IMG/VR virus record: IMGVR_UViG_3300002461_000205
Location: 1-43,075 of that record
Source of the DNA: a virus
Direction: 5' to 3' (one strand)
Length of the DNA: 43,075 nucleotides
Shown: piece by piece, positions 32,878-39,769 of the stretch
Position numbering within the stretch: the stretch's first letter is position 1
Layout of the letters: every line of letters starts with the position of its first letter
The notes under the pieces: generated by a model
Told to the model about the DNA's origin: nothing
Databases searched by the model: none
Seen by the model: only the letters and a program-made list of their open reading frames with translations
Program-made: the position numbers and the translations under genes

Positions 32878-33332
32878 TTCATTTCTCCCAAAGCGAGCGG
32901 CCAATCTACTTTCCCTGTTTGCAGGAAATGCTTGGTGCAGGAGACGGCTTGATTGAGGGTGATATTTTTCCAAGAACCAATAAGCGCGACCGGACAAAAT
33001 AGTTCGCTCAAAGCATCCGATGCGCGCTGAACACCATATGACCAGCCCACAGGGAGAAGTTCAGAAAGTCGCCCGTCCTTGCGAGCCAGCAGGTCCATAG
33101 TTCCGGCGATGCACCCAACCGTTCCACACCACGGCGTGGCGCGATGTTCTAAGTCAGTGTATTCGTGCGGGTTATCGAAGGACGATTCACCGAGATAGGC
33201 GTCCATCGCGAACAGATGTTTCTCCGGCAGCTTTCCTTGCTCGCCTTCTGATACGAAACGAGAAAGATATTCGTGTTCAATTTCTCTAATGCCGAGTTCT
33301 TGCGCGGTCTTGTAAGGAGTTCTAGCGAGCAT
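32874..33332 (-). CDS. Hypothetical protein.
   Basis: 152-aa ORF containing 'TPWCGTVGCIAGT'. Confidence 0.5.
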   Translation of the reverse strand: MLARTPYKTAQELGIREIEHEYLSRFVSEGEQGKLPEKHLFAMDAYLGESSFDNPHEYTDLEHRATPWCGTVGCIAGTMDLLARKDGRLSELLPVGWSYGVQRASDALSELFCPVALIGSWKNITLNQAVSCTKHFLQTGKVDWPLALGEMK

Positions 33333-33654
33333 CTACATTCTCCCTGAAATTATCAGCGCGAGTATTTTCATCTGTAATGATGAGGGGATTGCCGGAGAGA
33401 ATGCTCTCGAATACGGCTATGGAGGTTTTGCGTTTGACGGCGGGCTTGAAGCGTTCAGATGCAAAAGCGTCATAGCCCGGCGCGGGACTTACCTCGCACA
33501 ATCGAAAAACGGGGTTGTCTGAGTGTGAGCCCTTCCACTTTCCGGTTACTTGGATGATTTCTGCGATGGTATAAACTGCGCCCTCGGTAAGGCGGTTCAC
33601 GCCCATTCCCGTACCATCAACGCAGACAATTTCCATTCCGACGCGCCAAATCAT
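33322..33654 (-). CDS. Hypothetical protein.
   Basis: 110-aa ORF in the coupled operon. Confidence 0.5.
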   Translation of the reverse strand: MIWRVGMEIVCVDGTGMGVNRLTEGAVYTIAEIIQVTGKWKGSHSDNPVFRLCEVSPAPGYDAFASERFKPAVKRKTSIAVFESILSGNPLIITDENTRADNFRENVDAR

Positions 33655-34028
33655 TCTGCGGCCTCCAGTAATTCCTGTTTGACAGGACGCTCAGCCCTCA
33701 TCACTTCATCTACAAAGATGGGGCTTTCAACATTACAGTTGAGATATTCTGTGAGAGTGATTGCTTCTCGATCACCGTAACCACGTTCGTCATGGTATTT
33801 TTCGGTTAGGCGGGCTTCTTCGATCTTCGTCCACTCGTATTCAAAGTCGTGCTTCGCGCAATAACCGCGAGGAACATCGAAGGCTGTACGCTCAATCAAC
33901 ATCACGTAGTTGATCGGGTCGTCTTTGTGCTGAGAGCAAATTTCCTTTGCAGCCTCGCTCACGCTTTTGAAAATGAGTAACGTGTCCTCATTATCTACTT
34001 GTAGCTTGATGATGATTTCGGGAGACAT
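33651..34028 (-). CDS. Hypothetical acidic protein.
   Basis: 125-aa ORF in the coupled operon. Confidence 0.5.
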   Translation of the reverse strand: MSPEIIIKLQVDNEDTLLIFKSVSEAAKEICSQHKDDPINYVMLIERTAFDVPRGYCAKHDFEYEWTKIEEARLTEKYHDERGYGDREAITLTEYLNCNVESPIFVDEVMRAERPVKQELLEAAE

Positions 34029-34940
34029 TTACGCGGCCTCCAGCGGAGCAAGTTCGAGCCACTTTGCTCCCGGTACTTTCATGTCGATCAGGATTTGCAC
34101 GACGCCTTCGGCAAAATCCGATAGGATTTTGTCGCGAGCCGCAGCCGCAGCCGCATCCGCAGCCGCATCCGCATACGCAGCCGCATCCGCAGCCGCATAC
34201 GCAGCCGCATCCGCAGCCGCATACGCAGCCGCATACGCATCCGCATACGCAGCCGCATCCGCATACGCAGCCGCATCCGCATACGCAGCCGCATACGCAT
34301 CCGCAGCCGCATACGCAGCCGCATCCGCAGCCGCATACGCAGCCGCATACGCAGCCGCATACGCAGCCGCATCCGCATACGCAGCCGCATCCGCAGCCGC
34401 AGCCGCATACGCAGCCGCATCCGCATACGCAGCCGCATCCGCAGCCGCAGCCGCATACGCAGCGTTTGCTACTTTTCGTGCCGCCAATGCGGCTTCGCGC
34501 GTTCCCTCTTTCTCGCAACGGTTGGCCGCTTCGCAAAGAGCGGCCTTGTGCTTTTCATCTTTCTGACAAGATGCTGCTGCACGAAGGGCGATAGGAACTG
34601 CCGTGGTAATCGAGAGTTTTGCTACGCGCTTTGCAAATTCGGTATCGTCAAGAGTGTCGCGCGACCCGAGTTGGATAAGGGCAAGACGGCGCAAACCTTT
34701 TGCTCGCGCTGCATCGCTTGACCAGCGAGAATCGTTCAGACGGATTTTTAGTTTGCGAAGGGCGCGTGAGACACATTGCGGGTCGTCGCCATGCGGAAGA
34801 CCGAGCGCGTAACAAACCGCCGCTTCAACACACATAAATCCCGGCTTAGGCTTACCCGCGCCGCGAACTAGCCCCGCATCGACAACCGAAAGAACCTTTT
34901 CGGCAATTTCCTTGGTGATCTCTTGCTGTCCGCTCGTCAT
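34029..34940 (-). CDS. Ala-(Ala/Tyr/Asp) repeat protein; first gene of the leftward early operon.
   Basis: ATG at 34940 with an AGGAGAGAA RBS. The N-terminal domain ('GFMCVEAAVCYALGLPHGDDPQCV...LNDSRWSS') is followed by 109 residues made only of A, Y and D, then a short C-terminal domain. Confidence 0.7.
   Translation of the reverse strand: MTSGQQEITKEIAEKVLSVVDAGLVRGAGKPKPGFMCVEAAVCYALGLPHGDDPQCVSRALRKLKIRLNDSRWSSDAARAKGLRRLALIQLGSRDTLDDTEFAKRVAKLSITTAVPIALRAAASCQKDEKHKAALCEAANRCEKEGTREAALAARKVANAAYAAAAADAAAYADAAAYAAAAADAAAYADAAAYAAAYAAAYAAADAAAYAAADAYAAAYADAAAYADAAAYADAYAAAYAAADAAAYAAADAAAYADAAADAAAAAARDKILSDFAEGVVQILIDMKVPGAKWLELAPLEAA
34137..34463. repeat. Hexanucleotide tandem array built from GCAGCC, GCATCC and GCATAC (on the + strand).
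   Basis: Read directly from the sequence. About 327 bp. All six frames are open here, which explains the cluster of overlapping track ORFs. Confidence 0.95.
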
Positions 34941-34972
34941 TCGTTCTCTCCTAATCTTGTAGGAGGAGACTA

Positions 34973-35020
34973 ATCCAGAAAACTTGGATAGGTCAAGCAC
35001 GAAATCCAACAAAGATGGAT
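34973..35020. promoter_or_regulatory. Two ATCCA-N7-TGGAT palindromes (34973-89 and 35004-20): candidate left operators overlapping the leftward early promoter.
   Basis: 'ATCCAgaaaactTGGAT' and 'ATCCAacaaagaTGGAT', with centres 31 bp apart. A TTGACC -35-like element on the minus strand lies between them. They sit immediately upstream of the first leftward gene. Confidence 0.6.
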
Positions 35021-35241
35021 TTATTTTGCGGCGGCTTTTAAGGGGCTTATCAGGGTAGGGGCCGGATTCTGCGGTGATCGCAGCGGTCCATTAACCGGGA
35101 TTCGTCACTTGGAACCTGCCTATCTGGCGGGCAGAGCCGTCCTGCGGCAGTATTAACCTAACATAAAAAGGGAACGGAGCAAGAACAAACTTGCTGAAAT
35201 AGGAATTTGTGCCTAGCGTGGTGACTTAAGGAGGGGACCCC

Positions 35242-35433
35242 ATGCCCACACCAGTGTCGCTTCAGCGTTACGCAATTCAGATTGTTTCAAAGCTGCCAGA
35301 GGGTGAGGACGCCCGGAAAATCCTGCTTCACGCCCTCGATATGGTGGACGCCTTATTGGAAGGCGAGCGCACGGAGCGGGCAGCCCGCCCGGCCCTAACC
35401 TTGGTCCGAACCGATCGGGTGGGGGATTCCTGA
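35242..35433 (+). CDS. Hypothetical 63-aa protein in the immunity region.
   Basis: Very strong RBS 'AAGGAGGggaccccATG'. Sequence begins MPTPVSLQRYAIQIVSKLPEGEDARKILLHALDMVDALLEGER. It is convergent with the repressor ORF and overlaps its 3' end by 106 nt. Confidence 0.55.
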   Translation: MPTPVSLQRYAIQIVSKLPEGEDARKILLHALDMVDALLEGERTERAARPALTLVRTDRVGDS

Positions 35434-35729
35434 CTACCGGCCTCTTTCTCGGCTCGCGCCAGATCGCGCTGCATAGCCACGGAGAGGCTGGATTTATCGC
35501 CTAGATAGAGAAAGTCGAGGGTAAGGCCCTCAAAGGTCTCTACGAGCCTGACGGCGTTATCTAGGCCGGGGCGGCCCTGTTTCTCGAAGTTGTTCCAGGT
35601 GGTGGGCTCTACACCGAGCCTTTTCGCGAAGTCTTTCGCGGGCTCCGGCTTGCCGGCCTGATCGCGCTCGCAAAAGGCGAGGCGGATAACCTTGACCCGC
35701 TGGCGGGCGTCTTCATCGCTGATCGGCAT
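35328..35729 (-). CDS. XRE/CI-type HTH repressor.
   Basis: 'DFAKRLGVEPTTWNNFEKQGRPGLDNAVRLVETFEGLTLDFLYLG' is an XRE-family HTH. It is divergent from the Cro-like gene, with operators between them. The C-terminal R/S-rich tail may be read-through into the shadow frame of the opposing ORF. Confidence 0.75.
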   Translation of the reverse strand: MPISDEDARQRVKVIRLAFCERDQAGKPEPAKDFAKRLGVEPTTWNNFEKQGRPGLDNAVRLVETFEGLTLDFLYLGDKSSLSVAMQRDLARAEKEAGSQESPTRSVRTKVRAGRAARSVRSPSNKASTISRA

Positions 35730-35762
35730 ATCGTTTCTTCACAAAATTTGGATTTTTTCGCC

Positions 35763-35803
35763 ATCCAAGAGAATTGGGCCTTGCAAATCCAAGAAAGATG
35801 GAT
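35763..35803. promoter_or_regulatory. Right operators: ATCCA-N7-TGGGC (35763-79, imperfect) and ATCCA-N7-TGGAT (35787-803), between the repressor and Cro-like genes.
   Basis: They use the same half-sites as the left operators. An extra TTGGAT half-site lies at 35748-53. Confidence 0.6.
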
Positions 35804-35819
35804 ATGCTCGGTTCTTGTG

Positions 35820-36056
35820 ATGACAAAAGTCCTAGAAACGACTGAAGCCGTAATCGATGCCGTAGGCGGGCCAGCCAAGGCAGCGGAGATTACTGGTCGT
35901 AAGTATTCGGCAGCGTGGAATTGGACGAAGGCCGAGACGTTCCCGGCTAACACTTACCTTCTGTTGAACGCGGCCATTTTAGAGAAGGGGTTCACGGCCC
36001 CGGCTCGTCTCTGGCGCATGGAAGAACCCGCTCTCGAAAACGAGGGCGGGCGATGA
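35820..36056 (+). CDS. Cro-like small DNA-binding protein.
   Basis: 78 aa starting at ATG 35820 (GTG 35817 is also possible). 'AVGGPAKAAEITGRKYSAAWNWTK' is HTH-like. It is the first rightward gene after the operators. The track start at 35748 would include the operators. Confidence 0.6.
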   Translation: MTKVLETTEAVIDAVGGPAKAAEITGRKYSAAWNWTKAETFPANTYLLLNAAILEKGFTAPARLWRMEEPALENEGGR

Positions 36057-36625
36057 TGGCCTCTATTTCTTTTGAACACGGAATTACGCGCGCATTTGCG
36101 CCTAAGCGCAACGAACGCGACTCTGCTTCGTTCCCTCATTCAATTCGCTGGCGCATTCCCGCCTCCCCACAAAGCGCCGCGATAGCTGGAGATGTGATCC
36201 CCCGCATCTCCAGCACTTATTTCAAGAATTGCAGCGGCACTTGCCCCACTGCGCGCGGCCCAGCCGATTTGGTGCTGATATTCCGTAGCGCGAGGAAGAA
36301 GAGCGTTCTCGATCAGGCGAGTGTGTGTACACCCGCGCTCCTGCAATCTCGTTTTCGCGATGGTCGCCAATCCCGGCATCTGCCAATCCGTCGCCAACTT
36401 GCTGGAAGTGATCTCGTTGTCATTTCCCGCATTTTTATTCGTGCGCGCGAACATTCGCTGCGCTTTCAATTTCCAGAGAACCCCAGAGCAGATCGCGCCA
36501 AGCAATCTTTGCGGATGGTAGGCGCGTCTGTCTGCAACTCCAGTCCTCATGTTGGGCATAACAACACAAGGACGAACGGCTGTGTGCAAATCCTCTTTTC
36601 CAAATGGGCAAACGAAAATGTCTGA
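36053..36625 (+). CDS. Ambiguous: an Arg/Ser-rich 190-aa ORF that exactly fills the gap between the Cro-like gene and the next gene. A competing minus-strand ORF lies at 36140..36721.
   Basis: In favour: an ATGA overlap with the Cro-like stop, an 8-nt overlap with the next start, and a GAGGG RBS. Against: odd composition, lower third-position GC than the opposite-strand frame (by hand count), and a perfect 10-bp hairpin inside it. Confidence 0.3.
   Translation: MMASISFEHGITRAFAPKRNERDSASFPHSIRWRIPASPQSAAIAGDVIPRISSTYFKNCSGTCPTARGPADLVLIFRSARKKSVLDQASVCTPALLQSRFRDGRQSRHLPIRRQLAGSDLVVISRIFIRAREHSLRFQFPENPRADRAKQSLRMVGASVCNSSPHVGHNNTRTNGCVQILFSKWANENV
36185..36214 (+). other. Perfect 10-bp stem hairpin GCTGGAGATG-(10 nt)-CATCTCCAGC, followed by 'acttatttc'.
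   Basis: Read directly from the sequence. It could be a terminator or an RNA regulatory element (tR1/nut-like position downstream of the Cro-like gene). Confidence 0.4.
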
Positions 36626-36968
36626 CGTTGCTTTCATAAACGAGGCGGCGACTTTGAGTAAGCGACTTACCCGAATGCGGGCCAGTGGTCCGGGGGAGGT
36701 CGAAAGAGCCATGCGCTCCATCGAGCGGGACTACGGCATTGATTACAGCTTTCAATGGTCGCTTCGTTACCGGGCTGATCGTTTGAAGTTTATCAGTGCG
36801 TCGATCTTCAACCGCATTCAGGCGGCGTATCGCGCCGAGTGCGCAAGGCAAATGCGGAGCCTCGCCCATGAATACCAAGAAACGAAAGAATCAACCGGGC
36901 TTGCCGATGATTTTATGGATTCGGTTGCGGCTTTGGTTGCTGAGACTAACGCGGAGGAAATGAAGTGA
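36618..36968 (+). CDS. Hypothetical early protein.
   Basis: ATG at 36618 (MSDVAFINEAATLSKRL...). 116 aa. Coupled to the next gene. Confidence 0.5.
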   Translation: MSDVAFINEAATLSKRLTRMRASGPGEVERAMRSIERDYGIDYSFQWSLRYRADRLKFISASIFNRIQAAYRAECARQMRSLAHEYQETKESTGLADDFMDSVAALVAETNAEEMK

Positions 36969-37147
36969 AGTTCGATTGCGGGTCGCGCGCAGCCGCCAAG
37001 AAGAAATGGCACCGCTGGTTTGCTTGGTATCCCGTGATGATTTCTGCGCGTGACTGTCGCTGGCTCGAAACTGTCGAGCGTAAAGGAGAGCACCATACAA
37101 CATTCATGGACGACTGGTGGTCATTCTCTTATCGCCCCGTGGATTGA
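36965..37147 (+). CDS. Hypothetical small Trp-rich protein.
   Basis: 'KKWHRWFAWYPVMISARDCRWLETVERK' resembles a widespread small prophage protein (from memory). Confidence 0.5.
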   Translation: MKFDCGSRAAAKKKWHRWFAWYPVMISARDCRWLETVERKGEHHTTFMDDWWSFSYRPVD

Positions 37148-37159
37148 GGAGGAGAGCAA

Positions 37160-37312
37160 GTGAAGCCGCAGAAAAAAGCTTGGGCAAAACTCGATAGGCG
37201 CGTCAAGGATTGGGAGAAAACAATTCTCGATCTGCGCTCACGCCCCGGCGTTTCTGAGGGCGCAATTCGCGGCTACCGCAAGCCCGGTAGCAGAAACCCG
37301 CACAAGTCCTAA
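37160..37312 (+). CDS. 50-aa basic protein.
   Basis: RBS 'GAGGAGGAGagcaaGTG'. Sequence: VKPQKKAWAKLDRRVKDWEKTILDLRSRPGVSEGAIRGYRKPGSRNPHKS. Below the ORF-track size cutoff. Confidence 0.55.
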   Translation: MKPQKKAWAKLDRRVKDWEKTILDLRSRPGVSEGAIRGYRKPGSRNPHKS

Positions 37313-37338
37313 CCCCACATCCATTACAGGGCTGGAAT

Positions 37339-37698
37339 ATGTCGAAGAAGATCATCTTCACCGATAAACAGCTTCGGGCCATGCGTGAACTACGCGAGGT
37401 CTTCAATTTGTCATGGGAAGAATTGGGCCGCAGATTCGGCGTTGCTCATTGCACGGCGCGTTGCGCTCTAGAGCCAGAATACGCGGAATATCTCCGACAG
37501 AAAGAATTAGCACGCAAGCCGCAGAAGTTTAGGAAAGCTGCTGACGTTGGCATTGATCGCACGAGCGTTCCTCAATGGGTCGAGAATAGACGCCAGGATT
37601 ATCTGAATGCGCCGTTCCGTTCGATGGCAGATGAATTGCTTGGCTGCCCGCCCATCGGATTTTCTGCATTAGATCGAAAGATGGGGGTAGGGGCTTGA
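37339..37698 (+). CDS. Hypothetical HTH-like protein.
   Basis: 119 aa, with 'LSWEELGRRFGVAHCTARCAL'. Confidence 0.5.
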   Translation: MSKKIIFTDKQLRAMRELREVFNLSWEELGRRFGVAHCTARCALEPEYAEYLRQKELARKPQKFRKAADVGIDRTSVPQWVENRRQDYLNAPFRSMADELLGCPPIGFSALDRKMGVGA

Positions 37699-38111
37699 GC
37701 AATACTGTTATCGAGATCGGTGAAAGTCAGACCAAGCGCGAGGGCTCTTATTGCCCTTGCTGCGGGTCGCTCGTCGACTCGCGTGACGTTTATCTTGATA
37801 CGCAGAGCGGCGCTATTTCTCTTGGAGAGAACAGCGCGGTCCTTAACAACCAACAAACGATTTTGTTTATTCAGATGTTAAGGGCGTGGCCTAGAGCAGT
37901 TACTACCGACACGCTCTTGATGGCGCTCTATGCAGAACGAGAAGAACCGGAAACCGCCCTGAAAGTGTTGCACAACGTTATTAAATTGATGCGTCCGCTT
38001 ATCGAACCACTGGGCTTGCGGGTAAATCACCGCAATGGTGTGGGGTACAAATTAAGCATCCCATCTCATGCGAGCGTGAGCAAGCTATCCGTAAATCGGA
38101 GGGCCGCATGA
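37695..38111 (+). CDS. Zn-ribbon plus OmpR/PhoB-type winged-helix DNA-binding protein.
   Basis: 'CPCCGS' is followed by 'QQTILFIQMLRAWPRAVTTDTLLMALY...LKVLHNVIKLMRPLIEPLGLRVNHRNGVGYKL', the Trans_reg_C pattern. Confidence 0.6.
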   Translation: MSNTVIEIGESQTKREGSYCPCCGSLVDSRDVYLDTQSGAISLGENSAVLNNQQTILFIQMLRAWPRAVTTDTLLMALYAEREEPETALKVLHNVIKLMRPLIEPLGLRVNHRNGVGYKLSIPSHASVSKLSVNRRAA

Positions 38112-38521
38112 GCCCTCGCATCAAGAAACCCCAGAATTTCGACACCGAGGCGGGCCTTCACCGCTTCACGCATCAGTTATTGAAACTGACTGGTTTCGCA
38201 AACATTCAATTCCTTCATATCCCGAACGGGCTTCAGCGCGCTCCAAGAGTCGCCGCGATGCTCAAGGGAATGGGCGCAAAGAATGGTGCGGCAGATTTCT
38301 TGGTGATCGTAAAAGGCAAAGCTAACTGGCTCGAACTAAAAAACGGAAAGAAGGGAAAGCTATCTCCCGATCAAATCAATTTCCGTGACGAGGCTTTAAG
38401 AGCCGGTGCAAATTATATCGTCGCATCAAATCCCATGGAAGTAAGAACCGCGCTTTATCTATGGGGTGCGATCAATGTTTTACATGACACCGTATCTGAT
38501 CCTGTAGCGGGGGCGGCGTGA
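38108..38521 (+). CDS. VRR-NUC domain nuclease.
   Basis: 'GAKNGAADFLVIVKGKANWLELKNGKKGKLSPDQINFRDEALRAGANYIV' gives the D...E-x-K pattern of VRR-NUC. Confidence 0.7.
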   Translation: MSPRIKKPQNFDTEAGLHRFTHQLLKLTGFANIQFLHIPNGLQRAPRVAAMLKGMGAKNGAADFLVIVKGKANWLELKNGKKGKLSPDQINFRDEALRAGANYIVASNPMEVRTALYLWGAINVLHDTVSDPVAGAA

Positions 38522-39168
38522 GAAAAGAAACCCTCGCAGAAGGCATTGAACTCTACAACGCGGACTGCCGTGAGGTATTGCCTACGCTTGGGAAGGTGGA
38601 TGCAGTGGTTACTGATCCGCCTTATGGGATTGGGATCAATAAATCGAACCGTCTGTCTGTTTCTCGAGGCCATGGCGGCGAGTCGTGGGACGATAGGCCC
38701 GCCGATATTTCGTGGCTCCCACCTATGAATGTGCCGTCGATTGTCTGGGGTGGTAACTATTTCGATCTCCCGCCGACTCGCGCGCCACTAGTCTGGGACA
38801 AGAACAACGCGGGCCGCGATTTCGCTGACTTTGAGTTGGCGTGGACTAACCTGGATATGGTCGCGCGCCGCATCATCATGCGCCCGATGAATATGGATGG
38901 CGGCAAGCTGCACCCGACGCAGAAGCCGATCGAGGTCATGCGCTGGTGTGTAGGGTACTTGCCCGGTGCAGGGATGACCATCCTTGATCCATTCATGGGG
39001 AGCGGCACGACGGGCGTAGCAGCGGCAATGCTAGGTCATAGATTTATTGGCATCGAAATCTCAGAAAAGTATTTCGACATAGCCTGCAAGCGTATTTCAG
39101 AAGCGCTTAAGCAGCCTGATTTTTTCGTAGATAAGCCCAAGCCTGCAAAGCAGGAGGCATTACTATGA
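38518..39168 (+). CDS. DNA methyltransferase (beta-class N6A/N4C type, DPPY).
   Basis: Motif IV 'VVTDPPYG', 'HPTQKPIEVM', and motif I 'ILDPFMGSGTTGVAAAMLGHRFIGIEI'. Confidence 0.85.
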   Translation: MRKETLAEGIELYNADCREVLPTLGKVDAVVTDPPYGIGINKSNRLSVSRGHGGESWDDRPADISWLPPMNVPSIVWGGNYFDLPPTRAPLVWDKNNAGRDFADFELAWTNLDMVARRIIMRPMNMDGGKLHPTQKPIEVMRWCVGYLPGAGMTILDPFMGSGTTGVAAAMLGHRFIGIEISEKYFDIACKRISEALKQPDFFVDKPKPAKQEALL

Positions 39169-39275
39169 CCGAACTCCTAGAAGCCCTCTCTGATAGAAAT
39201 ACAAAGCGTGCGCTTGGGTTTGCTTCTGGTTTCTCAGCGATTGGATTTCTATTTGCGTTAGCGTGGCTGTCATGA
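39165..39275 (+). CDS. 36-aa TM peptide.
   Basis: GGAGG RBS inside the methyltransferase 3' end. ATGA overlaps at both ends. Sequence: MTELLEALSDRNTKRALGFASGFSAIGFLFALAWLS. Confidence 0.45.
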   Translation: MTELLEALSDRNTKRALGFASGFSAIGFLFALAWLS

Positions 39276-39769
39276 ACTTGGCGATTCAACGCGAACACAT
39301 CAAATCCCCGCAGGATCAACTTGCCAGCAAGAAGCGACTGGATGCGCTTTTCCGTAAGCCCCCGGTGATTCCAAGGGCAGAAACCGCGCAGATTTATACG
39401 TTCCGGTATCGGATTAAGCCGGTGTTTGTGGTCGATCCGAATGCTCCGCGCAGTCCGTGGCCTCGCGCTGAAGTCGGCGTGACCGTGCATGATGTTGTGA
39501 TGGCCGTTTCATCATACCTGGGTGTTACACCCATTGAGATTAAATCAGCACGGAGAACTGCTGAGACGCTTCGCCCTCGTATGATTTGCTACTACCTCGC
39601 GAAAGAATTGACGTTAGCATCGTACCCACAAATAGGGCGCATACTAGGTGGCCGAGACCACACGACAATAATGGCCGGCTACGAGAAGGCGAAGAAGAGA
39701 TTCGCGGAGGATGGAGTATTCGCAGCGGACATAAACACCATCCGCGCAAGGCTGGAGGGTGGGAATTGA
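39272..39769 (+). CDS. DnaA C-terminal (domain IV)-like DNA-binding protein.
   Basis: 'RRTAETLRPRMICYYLAKELTLASYPQIGRILGGRDHTTIMAGYEKAKKRF' parallels DnaA domain IV 'R..ARQIAMYL.RELT..S...IG..FGGRDHTTV.HA..KI'. Confidence 0.7.
   Translation: MNLAIQREHIKSPQDQLASKKRLDALFRKPPVIPRAETAQIYTFRYRIKPVFVVDPNAPRSPWPRAEVGVTVHDVVMAVSSYLGVTPIEIKSARRTAETLRPRMICYYLAKELTLASYPQIGRILGGRDHTTIMAGYEKAKKRFAEDGVFAADINTIRARLEGGN

Noticed and set aside
34137-34463. Possible CRISPR array or satellite.
   Set aside because: The repeat unit is 6 nt with no spacers and lies in frame inside a CDS. It is not CRISPR-like.
33967-34594. A cluster of 120-200-aa ORFs in several frames and on both strands (poly-Ala/Tyr/Ser, Cys-Gly-Cys-Val, His-Pro-Gln-Pro and Met-Arg-Leu-Arg repeats).
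   Set aside because: These are artefacts of the hexanucleotide tandem array, which has no stop codon in any frame. Only the minus frame continuous with 34029..34940 has flanking non-repetitive domains, an RBS and operon context.
36140-36721. 193-aa minus-strand ORF between the Cro-like gene and the next early gene, considered as a confident gene call.
   Set aside because: No start codon has an RBS, and it overlaps the start of the 36618 gene. It is kept only as an alternative in the finding on 36057-36617, because its third-position GC is higher than that of the plus frame.
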